DNA of 64,000 bases from an uncultured Clostridia bacterium (lineage in GTDB: Bacteria > Bacillota > Clostridia > TANB77 > CAG-508). Positions 1-10,237 of the stretch are shown piece after piece. Under the pieces are notes generated by a model that saw nothing but the letters and a program-made list of their open reading frames with translations, did no database searches and was not told the origin of the DNA. The position numbers were made by a program, and so were the translations under genes. Every line of letters begins with the position of its first letter. Position 1 is the stretch's first letter. The stretch lies in NCBI GenBank assembly GCA_947630235.1, contig CANRGN010000003.1:14678-78677 (forward strand). The letters run 5' to 3'.

Positions 1-1
1 A

Positions 2-184
2 GCTATGGAATCTAGTTCAAAAGATATTGAAATATGCCAAAAAAATAAAAAAATATTAGGAAAATTAAAAATATTTTTCAAAGAAAAATTAAATCCATCA
101 GCAGTAATTTATGAAAATATTATAAATCCTATGAATGAATATATTAGTTCGTTAGAAAAAAATTATATAGAAAATTTTAAGTAA
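2..184 (+). CDS. 3' end of unidentified ORF (partial at window edge)
   Basis: Open frame from window start to TAA 182-184; no recognisable motif. Confidence 0.3.
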   Translation, partial: AMESSSKDIEICQKNKKILGKLKIFFKEKLNPSAVIYENIINPMNEYISSLEKNYIENFK

Positions 185-197
185 TAAGGTGATAAAA

Positions 198-347
198 ATG
201 AATTTTCAAGAAAAAGTTAATACTATTTTTGGACCTACTTTATATCAAAATTATAATGAAGCTATAAGTAGCGTAATTGGTTCAAAAATAAAAAATGAAG
301 ATGAAAATGTGAAGGATAAAAAACAAGATGATATAGAAGAAAGATAA
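198..347 (+). CDS. small hypothetical protein (49 aa)
   Basis: ATG 198 with AAGGTG 6 nt upstream; MNFQEKVNTIFGPTLYQNYNEAISS...; no homology recognised. Confidence 0.25.
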   Translation: MNFQEKVNTIFGPTLYQNYNEAISSVIGSKIKNEDENVKDKKQDDIEER

Positions 348-496
348 TAGAAAAAAGTGTAAGATTTTTGCTAGCAACAATTTATGGATTTATTTCAAAA
401 ATAAAAGAACAACTATTGAAAAATTATTTTTACTATGATATAATTTTTAACATATTGAGAACTGTTATTAAAAAGCAAAGTAGGTAAATAATAATA

Positions 497-697
497 TATT
501 TTATAGAGAGAATAGTTATAAGCTGAAAGCTATTCAATATATATTTACTGAAATTTCACTTTTTAGGTTTTATATTGAAATATTAGTAGATATAAACGTT
601 GGCTACGTTATAGCTATAATGAGGTTAATTTTTAAAATTAATAAAATTAGGTGGTAACACGGTAAAGCGTCCTATTTAAATAGGGCGCTTTTTGTAG
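497..697 (+). promoter_or_regulatory. T-box leader (Phe specifier UUC) controlling pheST
   Basis: AGAGAG and GCTGAAAG stem I elements, GAAATTTCA specifier context, T-box core AATTAGGTGGTAACACGG at 645-662, terminator AGCGTCCTA/TAGGGCGCT plus T-run at 666-697. Confidence 0.8.
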
Positions 698-786
698 TTT
701 TAGAGAAACTTCAACTATTATATATGTTTAAAGTGGCATGTATAATAAGCTGGTATTATTATAAAAGAAAGGAAGAATAATTTTTT

Positions 787-1839
787 ATGAAAGAAGCTAT
801 TGAAAAAATTAAAAATCAAGCTAAAGAAGATATTAAAAATATTACAGATATGCAAATACTTCAAAATATAAAAACGAAGTACTTAGGAAAAAAATGCGAG
901 CTTACAAGTATGTTAAAATCACTTGGAAGTTTATCTGCAGAAGAAAGACCTATTATTGGAAATTTGGTAAATAAAACCAAAAGTGAAATTGAAAATTTAA
1001 TTAAAGAAAAAGAAAAAGAATTTAAAAAGGCTGAAATTGCTAAAAAATTAGAGAAAGAAACAATTGATATTACTCTTCCAAGTACTAAATTTGTAAGAGG
1101 AAGTAAACATCCAGTTAATAGAATGATTGAGAAAATTGAGGATTTATTTGTATCTATGGGGTATGATGTTGTTTCTGGACCTGAACTTGAAACAGATGAG
1201 TTTTGTTTTGAAAGATTAAATCTTCCAAAAGGTCATCCGGCTCGTGATATGCAAGATAGCTTTTATATTACAGATGAATATTTACTTAGAACACAAACAT
1301 CTTCTGTTCAAGCAAGAACTTTACTAAAATATAAAGATGAGCAAAAGCCAATTAGAATTATAGTTCCAGGAAAAACTTATAGAAAAGAAGATGATGCTAC
1401 GCATTCACATCAATTCTGCCAATGTGAAGGATTAGTAATTGATAAAAAAGAAAATCATGTATCTTTAGCCGATTTAAAAGGAACATTAGAAATATTTGTT
1501 AAAGAAGTGATAGGAGATAATTTAGAGCTTAGATTTAGACCAAGTTATTTTCCATTTACAGAACCTTCTTATGAAGTTGATGTTACTTGTTTTAAATGTT
1601 TAGGAAAAGGTTGTCCACTTTGTAAACAAACAGGATGGATAGAAATTTTAGGAGCTGGTATTGTTCATCCAAATGTTTTAAAAATGAATGGATATGATCC
1701 TGAAGTATGGGGAGGCTTTGCATTTGGACCAGGGCTTGAAAGGCTTACAATGTTTAGATATGGAATACCAGATATGAGATATTTATATACTAATGATATA
1801 AGATTTTTAAAACAATTTGATAGAAAAGATCAAGATTAG
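787..1839 (+). CDS. pheS: phenylalanine--tRNA ligase alpha subunit
   Basis: 350 aa; class II motifs (HPARDMQDSFY, FRPSYFPFTEPS, GWIEILGAGIVHPNVL, GFAFGPGLERL). Confidence 0.97.
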   Translation: MKEAIEKIKNQAKEDIKNITDMQILQNIKTKYLGKKCELTSMLKSLGSLSAEERPIIGNLVNKTKSEIENLIKEKEKEFKKAEIAKKLEKETIDITLPSTKFVRGSKHPVNRMIEKIEDLFVSMGYDVVSGPELETDEFCFERLNLPKGHPARDMQDSFYITDEYLLRTQTSSVQARTLLKYKDEQKPIRIIVPGKTYRKEDDATHSHQFCQCEGLVIDKKENHVSLADLKGTLEIFVKEVIGDNLELRFRPSYFPFTEPSYEVDVTCFKCLGKGCPLCKQTGWIEILGAGIVHPNVLKMNGYDPEVWGGFAFGPGLERLTMFRYGIPDMRYLYTNDIRFLKQFDRKDQD

Positions 1840-1874
1840 TATATATAAATATTTTGGAAAGGAATGAATTTTAA

Positions 1875-4250
1875 ATGAAATTAAGCAGAAAATTTGTTGA
1901 AGATTATATCGATATAGATAAAGATTTAAGTATAGTAAATATAGCTGATAGTATGACAAATGCAGGAAGTGAATATGATTCTGCAGAAAAGTTAATAAAT
2001 GCTACAAATTTAGTAATAGGAGAAATAAAATCATGTATAGATCATCCAGATTCAGATCATCTTCATGTTTGTAATGTTGATATAGGAAGTGAAATTCTTC
2101 AAATTGTTTGTGGAGCACCAAATGCTAGAGTAGGAATAAAAGTTATAGTTGCTAAAGTAGGTGCAGAACTTCCTGGTGGTGTTAAAATAAAAAAAGGAAA
2201 TATGCGTGGTGTTGAATCAAATGGAATGATGTGTTCTATTGCAGAACTAGGATTAGATCATAAATTTTTAAAAGAAGAGGATATAGCTGGAATTGCAGAA
2301 TTAGGAAATGATGCAAAAATAGGTGAAGATCCAATTAAATATTTAGGATTAGATGATGAAGTAATTGATTTTGAACTTACAGCAAATAGAGGAGATTTAC
2401 TTAGTGTATTAGGAATGGCTTATGAGCTTGGGGCTATATATAATAAAAAAGTAAATGAAATTAAGTTAGATCATAAAGAATTTGGTGAAGATTTAAATAA
2501 TATTTTTTCTATAGATATAAAAACAAAAGAAAACTGTAAATTATTTTTAGCTAGAAAAGCTTGTGATGTTACAGTAAAAGAAAGTCCAAGCTTTATAAAA
2601 AATAGATTAATAGCATCAGGTATTAGACCAATTAACAATGTTGTTGATATAAGTAATTATGTAATGTTAGAAGTGGGTCAACCTTTACATTTTTATGATG
2701 CAGATAGATTAGGTAGCAAGATAGTAGTAAGAATGGCTAAAAATGAAGAAAAACTTGTGACACTTGATAATAACGAAAGAATTTTATCTAATAATGATAT
2801 TGTAATTGCTGATAGTAGTAAGCCAATTGGTTTAGCTGGTGTTATGGGAGGACTTACAACAGAAGTTGAAAAAGATACTAAAAATATAATAATAGAATCT
2901 GCTATATTTGATTCAGTTAAAGTTAGAATGACTTCTAATAAAATATTAAGAAGCGAAGCTAGCAATAGATTTGAAAAAGGTTTAGATCCTAATAGAACTT
3001 ATATGGCTATTGAAAGAGCTTGTTATTTACTTGAAAAATATGCAGATGCTAAAATTCAAACAGGTACAGTAGTGTATGATGATATAAAAAAAGATGATAA
3101 ACAAATTGAAATAGAATATAAATTTATAAATGATGTTTTAGGTTCTGAAATATCTAATGAAGAAATTAATTCTATATTTGAGAGATTAGGATTTAAGGTT
3201 AATCAAAAAGGTGAAAATGCAATTGTTATTGTTCCTACTAGAAGAATAGATATTTCTATTAAGGAAGATTTAGTAGAAGAAGTAGGTAGAATTTATGGTG
3301 TGAATAATATAAAGGGAAAACTTCCTATGTCAGCTATGAAAAAAGGAAGTTATGATAAAACCACTAGAGAAATAAGAAATAAAATGATATCTTTAGGATT
3401 AAATGAAGTATTATCTTATATTTTAATAAATGATAAAGAGGTTCATAAGTTTACTTTAGATGATTTTGAAGAAGTAAAATTACTAGATGCATTAACAGAA
3501 GATAGAAATACTTTAAGATATATGATGATACCATCTTTGTTAAAAATTTATGAATACAATAAATCTCATAATTTGAAAGATATATCTATTTTCGAAATTG
3601 GAAAAGGCTTTTTCAAAAAGAATGGAGAATATGGAGAAAATAATAAATTATGTGCTTTAATGACAGGAGATTATTTTTTAGGTGTTGATAATACTAGAAA
3701 AGTAGATTTCTATGTAATAAAAGGAATTGTTGAGGAAATTTTAGATTATTTAGGTTATGGAAATAGATATAGTTTTGTAAAAAAAGATACAATACCAGAA
3801 GAATTTCATCCAGGCCAAACAGCATATATATCTGTAAATAATGATATAGTTGGTATAATTGGAAAATTGCATCCAGAGCTTTGCAAAGATGTGTATGTAT
3901 TTGAAATAAATTTAGATAAATTATTAGAAAAACGAGTAGGAAAAATGAAGTATAAAGAAATATCAAAGTTTCCAGGAGTATCTAAAGATTTAGCTGTTGT
4001 AGTTGATAAAAATGTTATAGCGAAAGATATTGAAACTGTTATAAATAAAGCATCAAGCAATTTACTTTCTGAAATAAAAGTTTTTGATGTTTATGAAGGA
4101 ATAAATTTAGGATTAAACAAAAAGAGTATAGCATTTAATCTATATTTTGAAGCTCAAAATAGAACTCTTACTGATGATGAGATAAATAAGGAAATGGAAA
4201 ATATAATTAAAGCTGTAGAAAATAAATTAGGTGCTGAAATAAGAAAATAA
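1875..4250 (+). CDS. pheT: phenylalanine--tRNA ligase beta subunit
   Basis: 791 aa; tRNA-binding N-domain, B3/4 and B5 domains, C-terminal FDX-ACB; directly follows pheS. Confidence 0.97.
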   Translation: MKLSRKFVEDYIDIDKDLSIVNIADSMTNAGSEYDSAEKLINATNLVIGEIKSCIDHPDSDHLHVCNVDIGSEILQIVCGAPNARVGIKVIVAKVGAELPGGVKIKKGNMRGVESNGMMCSIAELGLDHKFLKEEDIAGIAELGNDAKIGEDPIKYLGLDDEVIDFELTANRGDLLSVLGMAYELGAIYNKKVNEIKLDHKEFGEDLNNIFSIDIKTKENCKLFLARKACDVTVKESPSFIKNRLIASGIRPINNVVDISNYVMLEVGQPLHFYDADRLGSKIVVRMAKNEEKLVTLDNNERILSNNDIVIADSSKPIGLAGVMGGLTTEVEKDTKNIIIESAIFDSVKVRMTSNKILRSEASNRFEKGLDPNRTYMAIERACYLLEKYADAKIQTGTVVYDDIKKDDKQIEIEYKFINDVLGSEISNEEINSIFERLGFKVNQKGENAIVIVPTRRIDISIKEDLVEEVGRIYGVNNIKGKLPMSAMKKGSYDKTTREIRNKMISLGLNEVLSYILINDKEVHKFTLDDFEEVKLLDALTEDRNTLRYMMIPSLLKIYEYNKSHNLKDISIFEIGKGFFKKNGEYGENNKLCALMTGDYFLGVDNTRKVDFYVIKGIVEEILDYLGYGNRYSFVKKDTIPEEFHPGQTAYISVNNDIVGIIGKLHPELCKDVYVFEINLDKLLEKRVGKMKYKEISKFPGVSKDLAVVVDKNVIAKDIETVINKASSNLLSEIKVFDVYEGINLGLNKKSIAFNLYFEAQNRTLTDDEINKEMENIIKAVENKLGAEIRK

Positions 4251-4281
4251 AAATTCCCCCTGGAGTAGGGGGATTTTTTTA
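4251..4281 (+). terminator. rho-independent terminator after pheT
   Basis: TTCCCCC-TGGAGTA-GGGGGA hairpin followed by T7. Confidence 0.7.
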
Positions 4282-4388
4282 TCAAATTATATAATATTTT
4301 TTATATAAACTAAAATTTGATATTGATAATAAACAAAATTTAGGTTATATTATTAATATAAAAATACAAAAGAGTATTGAGGTGAAAA

Positions 4389-4907
4389 ATGGGTTCTCAA
4401 AAAGGAATAACTCTTATGAGTTTGTTAATATATGTTGTTGCTTTTTTAATAGTAGCAGGAATTATAGGTGCTGTTACCACATTTTTTTATAGTAATTATT
4501 CTTATTTAGATGATAAATCTGCAGAAGCAGCAGAATATGATAAATTAAATTTAGTATTAGCACAAGAAAGTAAAGAAAATGATAATTATGTTTATGATTT
4601 GTTAAGTGAAAGCACACCTACTAGTAATACTTTCTCAAATTCTAATGTAGTATATAATTCTAAAATAGAGTTATTAGATGGTGTAAATAGTAAATGTAAA
4701 AATTATTTTGATACATATATACTTTTTTTTGATGAAAATTTTATTGGGTGGCGTAAAAAAGAAAAAGTGGTTTATTTAAATCAGAATGTTATATGTAAAA
4801 ATGTAAATAAATTCATGGTTAGCAAAATATTGAAAAATGGTCATACAATTTTAAATGTTTATGTAGAATTTGATACAAAAGCATTTAGAACAAAATATAC
4901 TTTTTAA
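4389..4907 (+). CDS. prepilin/pseudopilin-like protein with non-canonical N-terminal motif
   Basis: MGSQKG/ITLMSLLIYVVAFLIVAGIIG resembles a class III signal peptide plus hydrophobic helix, but position +5 is Ser, not Glu; SD GAGGTG upstream. Confidence 0.45.
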   Translation: MGSQKGITLMSLLIYVVAFLIVAGIIGAVTTFFYSNYSYLDDKSAEAAEYDKLNLVLAQESKENDNYVYDLLSESTPTSNTFSNSNVVYNSKIELLDGVNSKCKNYFDTYILFFDENFIGWRKKEKVVYLNQNVICKNVNKFMVSKILKNGHTILNVYVEFDTKAFRTKYTF

Positions 4908-4923
4908 AGAAGAGGTTTTTTTT

Positions 4924-6564
4924 GTGGAAGAAGATATAAAACAATTAGAATTAAATAATCAAGTTTTAAACGATTTTGATTCTATAATGAGCTTACATTT
5001 AGATAAAATTGAAGAATTAAAAATAACTAGTATTTCTAATAACTCTAAATTTTATAATATAATTGGTTTATGCATAAATTTAAATTCTTTAAAACTTATT
5101 GGTGATTTAAAGATAAATACTAATAATGTTATTTCAAATGTTTTTAATCCAAGCTTGATAGAAAATATTGTTTTTGATGGTGTAAGATTGCCTACTATAA
5201 AGTCTATAAATAAATTTGATAATTTAAAATCTGTTGTACTTAGAAATATAAAATTTAGTAGTATAAAGGGTTTTCTAAACGCTATTGAAAAAACTAATAT
5301 AGAAACATTAATAATACAAAATTCAGATTTTTGTAGAGCTCCAATATCACTAATAATGAACTTTAAAAATTTAAAATATTTAGAAATAGTAAGTTGTGAA
5401 AATTGTAAATTTGATAATTTTGATTTTTTGGCTAAAAATAGATATTTAGATAAAGTTATTATAGATCAAGCTAGTGTGAATTTTGATCAATTGCCTAATT
5501 TTATAAAGGGAAAATCAATTAAAAATATAAATGCACAATTAGGAAAAACAACAAAAAAATCATTAGTTAATAGATTTTTAATGGATGAAGAAGGAATAAA
5601 GATACTAATTAATTCTGCAAAATTAAAAGAATTATCCGAAAATTTAAATTTTAATAGAATAACTAGGATGGTTTTAAATGTTAATAAAAATGCTGATTTA
5701 AGTAGATATATGAAATTATTAAAAAGAGTGAAAAATGACATCATAATTAGTGTAAAGGATTTATCTTATTTAAGTGTTCAAGATGCTAATTTATTAAAAG
5801 AACAGCTAAATGTAAAAAAGATAAAGTTGGTTAATTTAGAAAACGATTATACAGTAGATATAAATGATTTATATGATATAGATGATTATATTGAAATTAG
5901 AAAAAGAATAGATAATTTTACAAAAGCTGTTTTAGATAATAAAGATAATGAATTAGAAAAAATAATAAAAGTTTATAAAGCTATTCTTATTTCTGAAAAA
6001 AAAGAAGTAGTAGAAGTAGGATGTAATAGTCAAAATAGATTAAATAATATTATTAATAATATATATACAGATTTTAGTTATGCAGAATTATTGGCTAATT
6101 GTTTATCTTGTATAAATATGGAAGTAAAAACAATAAAGGGTCAAGATTTATCTGGAAAAACAAGATTTTGGAATCAAGTAAAAATATATGATTATTGGTA
6201 TAATATTGATTTATATTTAGATGCTAAAAATTATAATTCAAAAAAATTTACTGATAAAAAGCCAAAATATTTTTTATTAAATGATAAAGAATTTTATAAA
6301 GATCATAAATTAACATCTACAAATTATGAGCATTGTGTTTTTAATATAGATAGTAAATTAGTTAATGAATATTTTAAGCAAGATAAAAATAATTTTTATT
6401 GGTTATCAAATTTATTAAGAAGAATAAAGCAAATTTTTCTTTTTAATAAAAAAGTAGAAACAGCATTGCCTGAGCCAAACATCCAGGAAACAAATAGAAA
6501 AAAAGTAGAAAAATTTTCAAAGGAAGAAATTAATTTATTAAATAAAATTGATGATTTAGATTAA
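4924..6564 (+). CDS. leucine-rich-repeat protein with degenerate transglutaminase-like C-terminal core
   Basis: LRR-like periodicity in the N-half. C-half ANCLSC...RFWNQVKIYDYWYNIDLY resembles the Cys...HAWN...D transglutaminase core with His replaced by Phe. GTG 4924 has GAGG 8 nt upstream; the ORF track start 4870 is a TTG overlapping the upstream gene. Confidence 0.5.
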   Translation: MEEDIKQLELNNQVLNDFDSIMSLHLDKIEELKITSISNNSKFYNIIGLCINLNSLKLIGDLKINTNNVISNVFNPSLIENIVFDGVRLPTIKSINKFDNLKSVVLRNIKFSSIKGFLNAIEKTNIETLIIQNSDFCRAPISLIMNFKNLKYLEIVSCENCKFDNFDFLAKNRYLDKVIIDQASVNFDQLPNFIKGKSIKNINAQLGKTTKKSLVNRFLMDEEGIKILINSAKLKELSENLNFNRITRMVLNVNKNADLSRYMKLLKRVKNDIIISVKDLSYLSVQDANLLKEQLNVKKIKLVNLENDYTVDINDLYDIDDYIEIRKRIDNFTKAVLDNKDNELEKIIKVYKAILISEKKEVVEVGCNSQNRLNNIINNIYTDFSYAELLANCLSCINMEVKTIKGQDLSGKTRFWNQVKIYDYWYNIDLYLDAKNYNSKKFTDKKPKYFLLNDKEFYKDHKLTSTNYEHCVFNIDSKLVNEYFKQDKNNFYWLSNLLRRIKQIFLFNKKVETALPEPNIQETNRKKVEKFSKEEINLLNKIDDLD

Positions 6565-6587
6565 GTAATAAGAAAGGTTGTAGAAAA

Positions 6588-7052
6588 ATGAAACAAAAAT
6601 TAAGAGGATTTGAAGTAGCAAAAGGATATGAGGATAAAAATATTCATATACCAGTTAGAAAAACAAAATGTTCAGCAGGATATGACATAGAAGCAGCAGA
6701 AGATATTGTTATTCCAATGTATAAACCAGGAATAAAACCAACACTTATACCAACAGGATTAAAGGCATATTGTGCAAGTGATGAATGTTATTTGTTATTA
6801 AACAGAAGTAGTGGACCAAAAAAAGGTTTTTTAATGGCAAATTCAGTGGGTTTAATTGATGCAGATTATTATGGAAATCCTGATAATGATGGACATTTTT
6901 ATTTTGCTTATTTTAATTGTAGTGATCATGATATACAAGTAAAAAAAGGTGATATTATAGGTCAAGTTGTATTTACAAAATTTTTAATAACTGATGATGA
7001 TAATGCATCAGGAGAAAGATTAGGTGGATTTGGTTCAACTGATAAAAAATAA
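6588..7052 (+). CDS. dut: dUTP diphosphatase
   Basis: 154 aa; GYDIEAAED, NSVGLIDADYYGN, GGFGSTD motifs. Confidence 0.9.
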   Translation: MKQKLRGFEVAKGYEDKNIHIPVRKTKCSAGYDIEAAEDIVIPMYKPGIKPTLIPTGLKAYCASDECYLLLNRSSGPKKGFLMANSVGLIDADYYGNPDNDGHFYFAYFNCSDHDIQVKKGDIIGQVVFTKFLITDDDNASGERLGGFGSTDKK

Positions 7053-7080
7053 AATATATACTAAATTGAAACTATAAAAT

Positions 7081-7117
7081 AAATGTAGACAAAAAAATGT
7101 TTACATTTATTTTTTTA
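7081..7117 (+). terminator. rho-independent terminator after dut
   Basis: AAATGTAGAC/GTTTACATTT hairpin plus T-run. Confidence 0.55.
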
Positions 7118-7289
7118 TTCAGTAGGAAAGTTCTTAAGTAGATAGGCTGAATAAAGCATTGCAAGTAGTATTTGAAATAAATTTAAAATGCACGCTTTAC
7201 ATATAGCTTTTTTTTAAAAACATATATACTTTTTTGAAAATTATGATATAATATGGCATATAAATAAAAATAAGAATAGGAGCTTTTTA

Positions 7290-9008
7290 ATGAGTGGCGA
7301 GATAATAAAAAAGAACGAAAAGAATAAAAAAATAGTTAATATATCAATAAGAAATAAGTGTTTTGATTTTATTGTTGTAATTTGCTTAGTAATCTTTTCT
7401 ATAGCAATTTGTCCAAAAGATTTTCAAAACGATACTTTTTATACAATAAAATGTGGAGAATATATTTTTAATAATGGAATTTTTAATTTAAATTCAGATC
7501 CATTTTCGTGGTTAGATTTACCCTATTGTTTTCCTCATTGGTTATATGATTTAATGATATATATTATATATTTAAAAGCAGGATTTGATGGAATATATAT
7601 ATCAACAATAGTTTTTACTTTTCTTTTAGGAATAGTATTATATAATACTACTTTGTATAAATCAAAAAATAGAGTAGTATCATCAGTTATAGTTTTTTTA
7701 GCTATATATTTATTAAAATCTTATATTACGGCAAGAGCTCAACTTGTAACTTTTGTTTTATTTGCTTTAGAGATATTATTTATTGAAAAGTTATTAGCTA
7801 CAAAAAAATATAGATATGGAATAGGATTGATTATTATTGCTATATTAATAGCTCAGCTTCATGTTGCAGTATTTCCAATGTTTTTTATATTTACATTACC
7901 ATATTTCGGTGAATTTGTAATTGCTTATTTTTTTGAACATATATTTCAAAATTTTACTAATAATATACAAGAATTACTTTATACATTTCTTTCAGTTATT
8001 ACAAAAAATGAATCTAAAAAGAAAAAATATTCAGAAAAAATTACAAAAATAAATCAAAATAAAAAAATTAAATCATTAAAATATAAAAAATTGCAAGAAA
8101 ACCCATATAAGGTAAAAGTTCAAAAAAATAAAAACATAATTATTTTATCAATTGTTGTTGTTATTGCAGGATTTTCAGGTTTTTTAAATCCAACTGGAGA
8201 TACTGCATACACGTATTTAATAAAAACATATAATGGAAATACAACCCAATCTATAAACGAGCATCAACCTATTGTTTTAGTAGAATCAGAAGAATTTTCT
8301 ATAGCATTAATTATATTTTTGCTAATATTAACTTTTATGGATTTAAAAATAGAACTTTCAGATTTATTTATGCTAGTTGGAGTTACTATTATGGCATTTT
8401 TTTCTAGGCGACAGATTGCTATTTTTTCTATAGCATGTTGTCCAATACTAGCAAGGTTAATTGCAGATTTCTTTGAAAAATATGATAAACAAACTTGTGA
8501 GAAGCTTTTAATAAAAGCTACTTCTACTATTGGATTTATTATAATTTTAGGTTTATTTTCTTATTGTGGATATGAATCATATAAAAAGATTGAAGATGAC
8601 CAATATATTTATAATTCTGACTATCCAGTTAAGGCTTGTGATTGGATATTAGATAATCTAGATTTATCTAATTTAAAATTATATAATGAATATAATTATG
8701 GAAGTTATTTAATTTTTAGAGGTATACCAGTATTTATAGATTCAAGAGCTGATTTATATTCTCCAGAATTTAATAATGTTAAAGGATATAAAAATGCAGG
8801 AGACAATATTTTTGATGAAGCTTTAGATGTTCCTTCATTATCAATTGGATATGAAGAAATTTTTGAAAAATATGGAGTAAATCATGTTATGTTATATGAT
8901 AATGCAAAATTAGCTTTATTATTAAATGAAGATAGTAATTATAATTTAATATATAATGATGATGATTTTAAAATATATGAAAGGTTAAATGCAAATAATG
9001 AAGAGTAA
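7290..9008 (+). CDS. polytopic membrane protein, possibly a GT-C type glycosyltransferase
   Basis: 572 aa, more than 10 hydrophobic segments, Lys-rich loop, C-terminal soluble domain; next to lspA and a tagA-like gene. The function is inferred only. Confidence 0.5.
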   Translation: MSGEIIKKNEKNKKIVNISIRNKCFDFIVVICLVIFSIAICPKDFQNDTFYTIKCGEYIFNNGIFNLNSDPFSWLDLPYCFPHWLYDLMIYIIYLKAGFDGIYISTIVFTFLLGIVLYNTTLYKSKNRVVSSVIVFLAIYLLKSYITARAQLVTFVLFALEILFIEKLLATKKYRYGIGLIIIAILIAQLHVAVFPMFFIFTLPYFGEFVIAYFFEHIFQNFTNNIQELLYTFLSVITKNESKKKKYSEKITKINQNKKIKSLKYKKLQENPYKVKVQKNKNIIILSIVVVIAGFSGFLNPTGDTAYTYLIKTYNGNTTQSINEHQPIVLVESEEFSIALIIFLLILTFMDLKIELSDLFMLVGVTIMAFFSRRQIAIFSIACCPILARLIADFFEKYDKQTCEKLLIKATSTIGFIIILGLFSYCGYESYKKIEDDQYIYNSDYPVKACDWILDNLDLSNLKLYNEYNYGSYLIFRGIPVFIDSRADLYSPEFNNVKGYKNAGDNIFDEALDVPSLSIGYEEIFEKYGVNHVMLYDNAKLALLLNEDSNYNLIYNDDDFKIYERLNANNEE

Positions 9009-9459
9009 AGAAATTTTAAAAAGAACTGTAATAATTTCATTAATCATAATTATTATAGATCAAATTCTTAAAATTATTGCAATTAAACTTTGTTCAAATT
9101 CTAATATAGAAATAATAAAAAATGTATTGTATATAGATAAATTAAAGAATGTAGGAATGGCTTTTGGTATAAATAAAGGAAATTTAAAGAATATTATTAT
9201 TACAAGTTTTGTATTATTATTTATTATAAGATATTTATTTGCTCAGAAAAAATTTTTAAACATAATAACATTAACTAGTTTAGATTTAGTTATCGGAGGC
9301 GGTATAAGTAATTTAATAGATAGAATATTTCGAGGCGGAGTAGTAGATTTTATTAAAGTATTTGATTTTCCGGTTTTTAATATAGCTGATGTAATGATTA
9401 TAGTAGGTATTGTAGTATTTGCAGTTTATATAATAAAATTTGAAATAAAAAGTGTTTAG
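8989..9459 (+). CDS. lspA: lipoprotein signal peptidase II
   Basis: GMAFGINKG, NLIDRIFRGGVVDFI, FPVFNIADVMI motifs. Confidence 0.9.
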   Translation: MQIMKSKEILKRTVIISLIIIIIDQILKIIAIKLCSNSNIEIIKNVLYIDKLKNVGMAFGINKGNLKNIIITSFVLLFIIRYLFAQKKFLNIITLTSLDLVIGGGISNLIDRIFRGGVVDFIKVFDFPVFNIADVMIIVGIVVFAVYIIKFEIKSV

Positions 9460-9470
9460 GAGGAAATATT

Positions 9471-10226
9471 TTGCAAGAAAAAATTACAATTTTAGGTGTA
9501 CCAATAGATAATGTATCTTTAGAAGAATGTGGTCAGAAAACTAAAGAATTAATCAGTTCAAGTAATAAATCCTGTAAAATAGTAGTTGCTCCTAATACAG
9601 AGTTTATTATGCAAGCCCAAAAAGATAAAGAATTTTACGATATATTAAAACAAGCTGATTTTGCTACACCAGATAGTGTAGGGGTTATTTTAGGTGGAAA
9701 ATTACAAAAAAAGTATTTTAAGGAACGAATTCCAGGACAAGCTTATTTTAGAGAAGTATTTAAGTGTGCTGAGATTGAAGGGTGGACAATTTATTTACTA
9801 GGTGGTAAAGGAGATGTACCATATAAAGCAAAAGAAAAATTAGAAAAAGATTTTCCAAAAGCAAAAATAGTAGGTGTACATGAAGGTTTTTTTGAAGAAG
9901 ATTCTGAAGAAGATGTAATTAAGCAAATAAATGAATTAAAACCTAATATTTTATTTGTAGCTATGGGAGCTCCAAGACAAGAAAAATGGATATACAGAAA
10001 TAAAGAAAAATTAAAAGTTGATATTGCTACTGGGCAAGGTGGAACTTTTGATTATGAAGCTGGAAAAATAAAAAGGGCTCCAAAAATAATTCAAAAATTA
10101 GGTATAGAATGGTTATGGAGGCTTTTTCTGCAACCATCTAGAATAAAAAGAATGATGGTATTACCAATTTATTTAATTAAGATAGTAATAAAAAAAGATA
10201 AAAGTAAAGGAAATTTTGATAAATAA
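9471..10226 (+). CDS. tagA: WecB/TagA/CpsF family glycosyltransferase
   Basis: ILGVPIDNVSLEE, VAMGAPRQEKWI, GIEWLWRLFLQPSRIKR; TTG start after AGGAGG. Confidence 0.85.
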   Translation: MQEKITILGVPIDNVSLEECGQKTKELISSSNKSCKIVVAPNTEFIMQAQKDKEFYDILKQADFATPDSVGVILGGKLQKKYFKERIPGQAYFREVFKCAEIEGWTIYLLGGKGDVPYKAKEKLEKDFPKAKIVGVHEGFFEEDSEEDVIKQINELKPNILFVAMGAPRQEKWIYRNKEKLKVDIATGQGGTFDYEAGKIKRAPKIIQKLGIEWLWRLFLQPSRIKRMMVLPIYLIKIVIKKDKSKGNFDK

Positions 10227-10237
10227 GAGGTGTTAAT

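Noticed and set aside
2693-4060. Antisense ORFs inside pheT (2693-2965, 3694-3966, 3806-4060). Similar antisense ORFs lie inside other large genes, for example 5487-5744, 10416-10685, 16607-17146, 17570-17827, 23748-23951, 35910-36236, 45099-45392, 47906-48229, 53548-53817 and 62858-63211.
   Set aside because: They fully overlap well-supported conserved genes on the opposite strand. They encode Leu/Ile/Phe/Ser-rich low-complexity peptides, as expected from antisense reading of AT-rich coding DNA, and they lack SD sequences.
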